A program made the translations under genes and the position numbers. A stretch of DNA of 63,796 bases, filler included, from Rhabdomonas costata (Eukaryota), in NCBI GenBank assembly GCA_019059605.1. It is 19 parts of 19 records of this genome, joined end to end, with 100 filler letters (N's around TTAATTAATTAA, not from the genome) between each part and the next. Parts side by side here need not be neighbours in the genome. Positions count along the whole stretch, not along the records: positions 37,029 to 40,289 come from JAHMHO010001101.1; positions 40,390 to 43,652 come from JAHMHO010001102.1; positions 43,753 to 47,010 come from JAHMHO010001103.1; positions 47,111 to 50,365 come from JAHMHO010001104.1; 15 more parts are not named here. One strand, 5' to 3'. Of this stretch, positions 37,288-48,338 are shown piece by piece. The notes under the pieces were generated by a model. It was not told the origin of the DNA and searched no databases. It was given only the letters and a program-made list of their open reading frames with translations. How positions within the stretch are numbered: position 1 is the stretch's first letter; every line of letters begins with the position of its first letter.

Positions 37288-39012
37288 GTGAAGGCATACC
37301 TCGAGTGGGGCCAGAAGGAGTTCCGCAACCTACCTGCCCCAATGCTGAACACCGCGGAGCACCTCAAGCAGCTTCCGCTGGCGATTCAGGTACTCTGTCA
37401 ATCCTAGCTCTCGAGCCCACCCATGAAGGGGCTTGCTTGGATGAGCTGTAACTGGGTGCTTGCTACCATTGTACCTTGCCGTTTCCCATCACATGTTCAG
37501 TGCTCAGAAATCTAAAAGTTTGCCTCCGCAGCTTGGCATGCACACAGTGAACGCACTGTGGGCCGCGCCATTTTCGACCCCGCATGAGTAAAAAAGCCCC
37601 TTGGGCACGTGGTTGCGTTCCTATGGAATAACACCAGTAGGTTCAGTCTCATCGCTCCAGGTTCCAGTATTGATTTGTGTGGAGTGAGTGAGAGGAAGAG
37701 GTAGATGTTCTTGGAACCTATCTTGTCTAGTTGCATTTCCGGGCAGACTGCGTTGGAACACAGCAGCTATTTGTGCGATCCCTGGCACACCCTCAGCCAG
37801 AACGTCAACAGAACCTCCAAGCTTATCCGGTTGGTTAGAGTTTGGGGTTCGCACGGTGGCACACAGATCCTGGACGGCACCCTGCTGGCCGGAGTTCCGG
37901 AGGAGCAGTGGGCTGCGCTGACCGCCGCGGCGCAGGCCATACTGCGAGGAGCGGCACGGGACCGCAACAAGGACGGCCGGGTGGAGTTCCTGGAGTTCGT
38001 GGTGTGGGCCGCGATGGAGGGCAAGGCCCGCCGTGGAGACCCGTTGGCCAGGCTGTGCATCACCTTCCGCCTGATGGATCTGGTGTGTGTGTGTGTGTGT
38101 GTGTGTGTGCGTTTTTGAGAGAGAGAGATAGACTTTTCTCAGTCATCATCTTAAATCTTAAGTCTCGCAACTGCTCGAGACTGCGCGTCATCTCCAGACA
38201 ACTTATGTCCCCAACCAGGCGCCTGCAGGGGAAGTCCTGGTTGGGTGGGGCCAGAGTTGCCTTCATCCCAACGCCCAATCGAGACCAACGGGTTAGACCG
38301 TGATATGGATTCGAGTCGACCTCGGTGCCTGACAGCATCCGTACCAGTGTTCTCCCTTCACACCCAGCTCAGTGTGTGTGCGTGTGTGTGACAGACCTTT
38401 GTCAGCCATCTTATTTAGTTTTGCGACTGCTGGAGACTCCGATCTTCACGCAACTTATGACCCCAACCAGCCAACCTGCTGGCCCCCGTGTTTCACAGGG
38501 GAAGACTTGGTTGGGATGAGTCCAAAGTTGTCCTCACCCTCCAGCCTAAGTCAGTAGGATTATGTGGGTGGGTACCCTTCCTCCGCCTTTCTCGCACAAC
38601 CAAATATACTGTTACTGTTCCAGTGGGCCAACCAATTGCGATTAATCCCTATGGAGATTTAGCGACCGAAGACTCGTTTGTCTGTACCAAATTCCATTTC
38701 CGCAAGTGCCCCGTTTGCGACCACCACAATGGCCTTCGCTGCCATTAGGATGGTGATGGCTTCCTGGAGCCCGAGGAGCTCGCGGCGTGGTTCCGGATCG
38801 GGATCCGCGCGGGCACCTTCCGGCTGCCTGTGGGGTGTGCCGGGACGGAGGAGCTGGCTCACGACTATGTCGGCCGCCACGCCTCGCAGCCCACCCGAGG
38901 GCTGAGCTTCGCGGAGTTCCTGCAGGCCGCCCTCGAGGCTGGCCCAGAACTCCCCGACACGGCGGCACAGCTGGTGTGTCGGTTGCTGGCTTGTGGGCTG
39001 CAGTGGTTGTGA
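37288..39012 (+). CDS. EF-hand calcium-binding protein (calcineurin-B/NCS-like), exons 37288-37389, 37867-38082, 38749-39012
   Basis: DRNKDGRVEFLEF and FRLMDL|DGDGFLEPEEL canonical EF loops, plus a degenerate LSFAEF loop; GT-AG introns. Confidence 0.88.
38130..38530. repeat. Two diverged copies (38130-38260, 38392-38530) of an intronic unit ending in a hairpin
   Basis: Both copies contain caacttatgNccccaaccag ... (c/t)tggttggg ... agttg and share the upstream tcagNcatc...actgctNgagact block. Confidence 0.75.
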
Positions 39013-40969
39013 GCGGCGCGTGTGGCGGGGGTCTTGGGGGTCGATTCGCTTGACGTTATAATGCACTGGCACGCTTCTGGGTGCGGGAACAAATGTATGG
39101 CAAAACGCAATTTTAGGGTAACGGTCATCCTCGCGTGGATCAAAGGCGATCCAGAGTTTGCTAGGTGGCAGTCTTGGTGGACAGCGGTAGACGCTAAGCA
39201 CCGGGTAACCGGAAACATCCTTCACATCATTTGACTGTTCTAGCTCGGTAAAGAACACTATCGAGGTTATTTGGCAGGCAAGAGCAAGCCTTGCGTCTCT
39301 TCCCGCATCCCTCCTCCCTTCCCTACATCCTCGAGAATACGAGGGCGTACGAGGCGAGTTCTTTTCACGCAGAGTTTGTAAAGGTAGGTTCCTATCTGTT
39401 TTCCACCCGTATCCTGGGGGCCAGCTCATCGCACTTGAAGCACGATCCTCTGTTTCATTGCGTTGGCCGTGAGATGATTTTCGGGCTTTGGGCTTCACCA
39501 CACCGACGCAGGTTCAGCACACCAAGTGGCGTCCTCATAAATTCGGTTTTGCACCTCGTTTTTCTTAATTCCATGCACCCGGCCAAAATCTTTTTGAGCG
39601 CCCGCTGCCCCGATTTCCTCACAGGTGTGATGGAGGTCCAGAGGAATGAAGAACCATTCCCCTAGGCTCTCCACCCGAATTCTGTGCCATCCTTCCCCTT
39701 GCCTGGTCCCGTGGGCAAGATCGCAACCTTCTGCTGCATTGGGCAACAGTGCCCGTCTCGTTGTGACTTTTTGGTATAGCGTTGGGCAGTTCATTCCATC
39801 GGTTGTTCCCTTCTTGAGGTTTTTTGTGCCGTTTATTTCGTCTGGGTGAGCTGAGCGGTCACTTACCTATGCTTGGTGGGACCCTGTCTCCCCTCCCCCA
39901 CCGTCGATTGCACTCGATGCGTGGGATGTCAAACGTCTCACTGACGCTCTTCTGAGAGGAGCACTTTTCGGGGAAGGGGGTGGGGGCAGAGGGAGACAGT
40001 GGTTAGAGGAAGAAGGATTGCCGCTCTCAGGGCATTCTAGATAGCAATGTGGCCTTGGTGCAGTCGGCTAAATGTCTTTCGAGCGGAGGGGAGGGGCATT
40101 ATGGTCTGAAAATCCACACACACGTCGATTTCGAAGTGCTGTGCGGTGTGTTTTCTGAATGATCGAGAAGTCTGCCTCTTTGGAGCAACCCGATGTGCAA
40201 CGCCCTTTTTTCCCCTGTCTTCAGCTGTTTTCTGCTTGCGCGTTTCAGTGTGAAGGACATACTTTTATGGTGTGCTGTGCGGCGCACTTNNNNNNNNNNN
40301 NNNNNNNNNNNNNNNNNNNNNNNNNNNNNNNNNTTAATTAATTAANNNNNNNNNNNNNNNNNNNNNNNNNNNNNNNNNNNNNNNNNNNNTGTTTTGGTTT
40401 TCTGTTGGATTCTGGTTTCCTTTGTTTTTTCTTCTGTTCCATGTTTCAATGAGATAGTCTTTGTCCAGGTCACGGGCATTGAAGAAGCACCCCAAGATGC
40501 CTGCATATGTATTCCAATGTGTAGATGCGTTTGTCGCGACACACCTGACCTGTCGGTGGTGCAAGAAAGCAGAGAGAAAAAAGAGCAGCGCAACGGGCAG
40601 GCGGACTAGCCGAGGGTGAAAGAACCGGTGCAACGTAAACTCAGGAGGGAAAGGAGTTTCGCACAATTCCCCTCTAAATCTCTGTACATGTCTTGACAAA
40701 CTGTTCGGAATCAGTAACTCAAATAAATTAAAAAAATAAAAAATAAATATTTGGCCATTTGGATTGAGGGGCTCATGACCCTTCAGAAGAAGCCTTTACT
40801 GACTATTCTCCCGTCCCCAGTGGACGACTTTCTTGCTTCCTCCTTTGTTTTTGCTGCAACTTTCGCCGATCGCACTCCTTTCTCCCTCATCTTTCTCTTC
40901 CGGGGTTTCACCCCGCGGCCCTACTATTGCCAGTCCGGTGGGTGGGGGTCGTCCTCGCGCTGACAGGCA

Positions 40970-43176
40970 ATGGCTGATGCTGCCAAGGCGGAGGCTGGCA
41001 AGGCGGAGGCTGATCCTGCCAAGGCGGCCTCTCCGAAGGAGTCTAATGTGAAGGTCTGTGATTCATAAACTGCCTTGTATCAAACGGTGAGTCCGGAAAC
41101 TCCCCTTTCCCGAAATGTATCGGATGGGTATCTGAATTTGGGACTGGCGGCACCCGCGGCTCTTAACACTGCTATAGGGTCCATCGTGCCAGCACCCTGC
41201 GCGCGTGCATGCAAAAGACTTCTTTTCTGTTCCATCTGTTATTCACGGCTCGATCCATTTTTCATCTTAATCCATCTGCCCTGTTTCAAAAAGTTTCGAC
41301 TCCGCAAAGTTCAGATTCCCACTTTCTTGGCTAGCGCTAGTTGTTTCCGGATTGGCTTCGTAGATAGAATGTTTGAGATGAAGAGTGAGATCCACAGCGG
41401 CAATAGATCCAGAACACTTTCCACAAGGAGAAAGTACCTCGGGTGCTCACCCCGTTGCTCACCATTCTGTTGCGTCGACCTTCCACGTTTGTGTCCCCAG
41501 TCCACGAACAAGCACTATAAAATGAGCTCACGCGTTTCCCGGCCAGTCTCCTATATTCTATCGTTTCTGTGCCTGTGCCTGCAAGTTCTAAGCGTCCTAC
41601 GCTCTTCTCATCCTGTCTGCTCGTCTGGCGTGGCGCAGATCATCCTCCTGGGGGACTCTGCCGTGGGAAAGTCCAAGCTGATGGAGCGGTACCTTATGGA
41701 GAACTACGAGCCGCAGCAGCTCTCCACGTACGCCCTAACACTGTTTCACGTTACCACAGAGCGCGACGGAAAGCCCGTGGAGGTACGCTTATCTTCATCT
41801 CCTCTCCTTTTGTATACATTCGCACAATTTACATCTGCTTAGAATGAAATTCTGCGTTTTTGGCCCGCGCAGTGGCTCAGCATTTGCTTCGGGGGTTCTC
41901 AATTTCTAGATGAGACGGGATTGCTCTCCCCCTCACACACACACCATCCTTCCAGTGTGATTTTCGTGGTGTTAAGTGGAGTTTAGTTCGATGTGTTGTT
42001 TTGTGTTCCTGTAATAGATAAACGTCTTTCTCCAGACAGGGAGTTTTCCATTTTTTTCTTCTCACCACTCTTACACCCGTTTTTTTCCGCATTCTTCACC
42101 CCTCAGTTGAACAGTCCTCTGGGCATTGTTGTTGTCAGTGCGTAGCTTCTGAAAAATCTGCAACGCACAGGTGGACTTTTGGGACACCGCGGGGCAGGAA
42201 CGCTTCAACACCATCCACCCCAGTTACTACCACGAGGCCCACTGCTGCATCCTGGTCTTCGACGTCACCCGAAAGGTGACCTACAAAAACCTCGAGAAGT
42301 GGCACGAGGAGCTGGTCTCGTTCCGGCCGGGCATCCCGTGCATCGTGGCCGCGAACAAGGTGGACGTCGACATGGAGGTGTGAGTGTGATTGTCTTTGCC
42401 CTCCCTCCTTCCCTGCAGGTGTCCTTTTTTCCGGAAGACCTGGCTTCCTTCAGGATCCCCTGAAGAAAACCCTAACGCCCTGGGCTTTGAAAATTGAGGG
42501 TCTTTGGACCATTGTGGGGTTAGGATTTGGGATCCGTCTGTAAGGAAGGGTTTATCAAAAAAGGCTGTGCAAAGATTGTTGTTGTAAAGTTGACTGCTGA
42601 CCCCTAAGAAAAAGAGGGGATTGTAATTTTCATTAGGTCAGTTGCTTCATCCGCATTGCTATAATTGTCCGCATATTTTGTCTGAGAGCAAATGCCGGTG
42701 GTTTAGTTCCGGAGGATAATCCTTCATCTGCAGCTCAACGCCCTTCCACTGCGGGCCTCTGCACAACTTCTCCAACATCGTTTGGGAATTTTATAGGGCA
42801 GCACACGCTATCGCGCCGCACTGGCCGCCGCAAAACTTCTCTGTAGAGTGTGTACGCTGTAACAGCACCAAATCGATTAAATTCTCGGGAACAGTGTGGT
42901 TCGCGGTACGCGCGACTGTCATGTCTTTGCTTTTCCTTTGTTCCTTTTGAGGGGGTGGGGGGGCGGTGCTGCAAGGTCATGAAGCGGACCTTCAACTTCG
43001 CCACGAAACGCAACCTGCCCTTCTTCTTTGTCTCTGCCTCCGAGGGCACCAACGTGGTGAAGCTCTTCGACGAGGCCATCACCACTGGAGTGAATTTCCG
43101 GGCCAACCCCCCGGCAGATGACCTGGTGGCCCAGGCCCTGGCCCTGCTGAAGGAGTCCGGCATCGACGATGCCTGA
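40970..43176 (+). CDS. RABL2: Rab-like protein 2 (IFT-associated GTPase), complete; exons 40970-41053, 41639-41782, 42171-42377, 42976-43176
   Basis: K|IILLGDSAVGKSKLMERYL...QQLSTYALTLF...DFWDTAGQERF..IHPSYY...RKVTYKNL..W...ANKVD...FVSASEGTNVVKLF, with no C-terminal prenylation motif, as in RABL2. Confidence 0.95.
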
Positions 43177-44180
43177 GCCTCGCCTCCTGGGGGCGGGGTG
43201 GGAGAGGGCTATAACTTTGTGGTAGCCGTCCGTGAAGCCTCGCCCCGCCTGCCTGTGACTGGACTGTGAGTTGGATGTAACCCCTCCCCCCGTGGTCCTC
43301 CTGCCGTATACATGAAGTGTGGTGTGTGGTGTTTGCAACCGTGCCGTGGGCAGAGGTGCTTTGTCTCGAATGTTCGGCGCGTTCTGCTCTCTCTGCTCTC
43401 CCAACAAAAGCGAGAGGGTAAATGTAACCGGCATACGTTCTGCAGTGAACCTTTTTCCTTGCCATCCAAGTTTGCTCTCCACTGGAACTCCTTTATTTAG
43501 CCCAACAAATCTCCGTCCAGAACGCCACCCCAGGAAGCCTCCTAGGTCATAACACATTGCCGAAACCGATCATTTCAGTCAGCAAAAGTAGCGCGACCAT
43601 GGCCCAGCATGTGCTCCGCCCTTGGCCCAGCACAGTCATGAGCCCACCAAAANNNNNNNNNNNNNNNNNNNNNNNNNNNNNNNNNNNNNNNNNNNNTTAA
43701 TTAATTAANNNNNNNNNNNNNNNNNNNNNNNNNNNNNNNNNNNNNNNNNNNNGTTTTTTTGGGGCTGGGGTGGTGGTGGCCTACGAGCACCTCGTCGTGC
43801 CTCCTGTGGTAACTGAGCACGCTCACTTGCATACCCCTTTCCTCCCGGTGCTTACCGAATGCCGCAGAGTTGAGACGTGACAGTCACGCTTCCGCCAGCA
43901 GCCAGCGTGCGAACTCACGTCGTGCCTGCGTGAGCGCTTCCCGTGAGTTCTTGGAAGCTTCGCTCAAGGCAGAAAACATCAAGAGGAAAGGTCAAGCTGG
44001 AGTGATTCACAGGATGAGAATGGAGCACCGACTTGGGCGTTGATTCGACTGAGTGGATGTTAAGTGTAGTCGAATGAAGACCAAGGAAATGAAGGTGAAA
44101 GAGCGTAGTTGCGGTGGTCATCTGTCCTGATGTACCAGGAATGGTTGCTCAGTGTTGCTGATGCTGTTGTCTTTTTGCAG

Positions 44181-44789
44181 GCCTTTCCGCTGGACCTTCA
44201 CGAGGTGGCCTTCTCGATGCTGGAGGTGCTACATCTCACCTACAAGAGGATGCTGGACGAGACCAGCGCGGCGCCCGCGCCCTTTGTTCTGGTCACGGCC
44301 CTGGATAAGAAGCTGAAGGTTAGCAGTCTCCTCCAGCATTCCTTGTTTTGTAATAGCAATTCTATTCTTTCTTTTTCCTCCGTTTCACTGAGCGTAATTA
44401 TTGGCCTGTTGTGATTTTTATTCTTTGCCATCCTTGCAGGTATGTGTGAATGTGATTCGGTAGCGTAAGTATTTGCGCACCCCATGTTTGCATCTCTTTG
44501 TTTCTCTTTGTGGGGGTGTGGGGTGCAGTCCCAGTTTCTCAGCCCGCTTTCCAAGATCCTGTCCTCGGTGGCGCAGACCGTCCTGCGCAAACGGGCGGCC
44601 CACCTGGAGTTCACCTTGAAGGGCAGCCTGGCCTCCTCGGCCTTCTGGCAGACCACCCGCCGCCCCAGCGGCTCCGAGGGAAGCGCCGCAGAACATCCCG
44701 AGGGGCCCTCCTCCTTGGACCCGCCCCCCTCCAGAGGTAGCGAGGCAGCGGTGGTAGAGAGGGACTGGGAAGTAGTCGGACAGCAGTAG
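44181..44789 (+). CDS. Uncharacterised protein, last two exons 44181-44318 and 44528-44789
   Basis: GC-rich coding-like segments, phase-0 GT-AG intron, TAG stop; no family recognised. Confidence 0.65.
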
Positions 44790-45401
44790 AGGTTTCTCCG
44801 CTCACGGTGTGGTGCAGCGAGTGAAGGGCCTTCTTATGGAGAGCGGTGGGTGTACAAAAGGTGCTACGCGGCGAGCTGCAATGAACACCCAGTTTTGGGT
44901 TGTACACCTTGTCACAGTGGTTGTGGGGCAGTCGTTCCTGCATCTGAACACGACCAGAGAAAGGAAGCACCAACCGATGAACCTTTGCTTACTCCCAATC
45001 CAAGTCCCGCGTAATGGTGGATTAGTGGAACAGATTTCTGACTATCGGTATTCCTTCGGGGCAGGTTGGGAGCTGAGGTGCCTGTATATACACCTCCCCC
45101 ACACACATACACACGAGAAGAATACTACATACATACATACGGGTCGCTTAGCCCCTATCACACGCACAACGTCGACATCATGGTCCCCATTTCTCACGCT
45201 CCATTCGCCAAGTGGTGGGCGCACATTCTCCGTCGTTCGTGGCTTCGATATTTCGAACTCGTTGCTCAGCATTGGACGAGTTGCTGAAGCGTCTTTCCTC
45301 TTGACAAGGCTTGTAAAAGCACGACCCTTCCCCTGCTCTGACGTAGCAACCCTGGTGTTGTTTCCTCTCTCCCCCTTTGCTGGTATTCGTACATTTCTGT
45401 T

Positions 45402-46612
45402 ATGGAGCCAGAGTGCTGTAGCTCTTCCGAAGCTCTAGCCCCCACTGACGCCGCGGCGGTCTCCGTTGTCTTGGAGGGTGGGGGTGCCTCCCCAGTGCCC
45501 CAAAGCTCTGCTCAGTGTGGAGGCGTGCGGGAGGGTCAGCGAGTGGCGCTTGTGCTGCAGAACGGAGGGGTGAAGTTCGTTGAGGTATGCACGGGCGCGG
45601 TGTCGCGGCTGGCCAAGGGGTGTGACGTCCCTCTGGGGCAGCTGCTGGGGGCCCCGCTGGGCTCCGTTTTTACCGTGGACTCCATCCGGAAGTCCTTAAC
45701 CCGAGTCAGGCAGCTGCCCAGCGAAGAGGTGCACCCCATACACTGAAACACACACACACACACAATTCTCTCCTCAGTCGTCAGTAAAAGAAGAATAACA
45801 CGAGAACCACACTGCCACCGGACGCGATTGACAACCACCGATACCAACCACCGCACAATATACATGCCTTGGAAACGAAGGTGCAAACGTGCGGTTGATT
45901 TCTTGTTCCGAAATCACACACGAGAAGCTCGGTGTAGAATGAATGAGCCCCTCAAGAATCCAGGTTCGCTGTTTCCGGTCGATCTTTAAGTTTATGTCCC
46001 ACTCAGAGGAAGGGACGGTCAGATCATGCTTTCGCTATTATGTGTGTCCTGAGTTTGCGATTGTCAGGCTTTGCGTGTGATGGGTTGCTGTTGTTGTTGT
46101 TGCAAAACGAGGACTGTTGCCATCTCGTCTGCAGGAGGAGTTTCCCAACGGCAAGCTCGATCCCCGCAACAACAGCGAGCTGCTGGACCTGAACGCCTCC
46201 CAGAAGCTGTCCACGAGAGACATCCAAAAGCTGAGGGACAGCGGAGAGGTACTGGGCAGCCACAGTGGCAATGCTCTGTAGCGCGTGCCCCTCGGCTAGT
46301 TTACACAGTTGCGCGCGAAAACACGAGGGGCGTCTCGTCTTCCCACATTCATGGAGAAATGTAGAGGGATTCGCAGACATAGCGAGAAGGCGAAGTTTAA
46401 GGCCACCCAAGTGTCATTGTGTGCGGCCACAGTCAGCTGCGCAAATTGTGGAGCAGCTGGTCAGCTCGTCGGCGACGTTTGACCAGAAGACCGCACTGTC
46501 GCAGCAGAAGTACGTGCAGCGCAAGCGGAAGAAGTACTGCCCACGGGTCTTCATGACCACCCCCTCACCAGCCAAGCTCTGTGAGCTGCACTACTCAAAC
46601 CACTCCCAGAAG
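45402..46612 (+). CDS. TRM6: tRNA m1A58 methyltransferase non-catalytic subunit (Trm6/Gcd10), 5' exons 45402-45728, 46135-46248, 46433-46612
   Basis: LLGAPLGSVF...RNNSELLDLNASQKLSTRDIQKLR..|SAAQIVEQLVSSSATFDQKTALSQQKYVQRKRKKY. Confidence 0.93.
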
Positions 46613-48338
46613 GTGCTTTCTCTCCCCCGTGCTGCTTGTGGTTCTCGTCGTTTTGGGTGCGTGGGGTGCGGTTTTACACGACCGCAAAAGCTTCTTAGAC
46701 CTCGAGAAGAATTTTCGAAGGTCTGTATTGATTAGTGAATATCAGAACAAAACGAAGGATCTGCCGGTTTTGCATTTTCGATGGTTCATTCGCTCAGTCA
46801 AGTGACACAAGTGGTTCCGTCCCCCCCCCCCCGGAACTTTTATGTGTCCTACTACGCTTTAGCGTGAGTGAAATCACTCTTTTTGGATACGCGAATGCTT
46901 GGGCTTGTGCCTACCATTGTGCCTACCTTTGCTGGTGCGCTAAAAATGGGACACGCTGGAGCGCTGCGTCACTTCCAGCAACTGCGTGTTGTCATTTACC
47001 GCGAGTGATGNNNNNNNNNNNNNNNNNNNNNNNNNNNNNNNNNNNNNNNNNNNNTTAATTAATTAANNNNNNNNNNNNNNNNNNNNNNNNNNNNNNNNNN
47101 NNNNNNNNNNTGTGGTGTTTCCCCCCGCTACGCGGTACGATCGTTCACCTTCTCCGCTCTCTCTCTCTCACTCATGTTGTTCCATTCTTTCGTCATGGCC
47201 CGTCATGTTCGACGGATTCTCTTGATCTCTCTCTCGCGCGCGCTGTGCTTCTGTCATGGCCCTTCGTAGGGGCCATACGGAAGCGACCCCAGGGTGCGCG
47301 CGGCACATTTCTGAAAACCCGTTTCCTGTGGGCACCCCGTTCGCTCACTCTGCCTTGTGATTTGCTGTTCTGGCGGCGCTGTCGGAATGGACCGGGACTG
47401 GTAGTCTGCACGTTTTTAAGTTGGCCATTTAACCTTTAATGGCCAATCAGGCTTGGTTGAGAGGAACGAAGACGAAGACGAAGACGAAGTTACAAGCTTT
47501 TTTGCAAACACACAGAGCATTTCTGGATTAAAGCGTTTTTGGATTCGATGGACCACGCGGTTGCAGACGCAAAAGCAGGAAAGACAACACAAACAGGAAA
47601 GAAAACAGGTTAAAACCGATTAAAAACAGGTTCAGGGTTATTACGAGGGGCTGATGGGAGCACAAAAGCTGACAAATCACACTAGATCACAGTCCGGCCA
47701 GAAGTGGGCAAAGATGAGCGAAGACTTTGGTGGAAAAGACAGCTGCTGTTGGATGCCTTTGCTTCTGCTTGCCGGTCGTGTATACGTCGTCATAAATGCA
47801 GACAAACAAACCCTTGATTTGACAAAATCACTTTCCTTGCGGTACACCTTGCTTTCACTTGACGACCAGAGCAGATTCAGGGAAAAAAGCCAAATTATTC
47901 ATGTTCAAGTGTTCTTGGGGAACCGGACTTGTAAATGAGACGAAAATTGCCGAAACGCTGAGCAGCTGAGACAGGAACTCAATCGCAAGCCCAATTTAAA
48001 CGAGGCACAAAAGCTTGCACAAAATATAGACAGCACGGTGCAAACCGTTGGTGGTATTGCTTCCTGTATGGCTTCATCTTCGGTTGGCAGTGAATCCACA
48101 CAGGTGTGGAGGGCTGACTTCCAAGCCGCAAACCACAGCTCACAGCATTGATATAAAAGCGAGGAGTCACATCCAAAGTGAAGGTGCCAGATTGCAACGA
48201 GAAAATAGCAAGAATCGAGCGATGTTGAAAATGATAAATACGTCGACATTAGAATATTCAATGAGGAGATTCTCCACGATAGCCTCACTCCAAAAAAATA
48301 CAGCAATACAACAACTGTCAAGGCATCGTAAAGTGCTC

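Noticed and set aside
38290-38370. tRNA gene
   Set aside because: No proper D arm, T stem or complete acceptor stem; at most a degenerate tRNA-like remnant.
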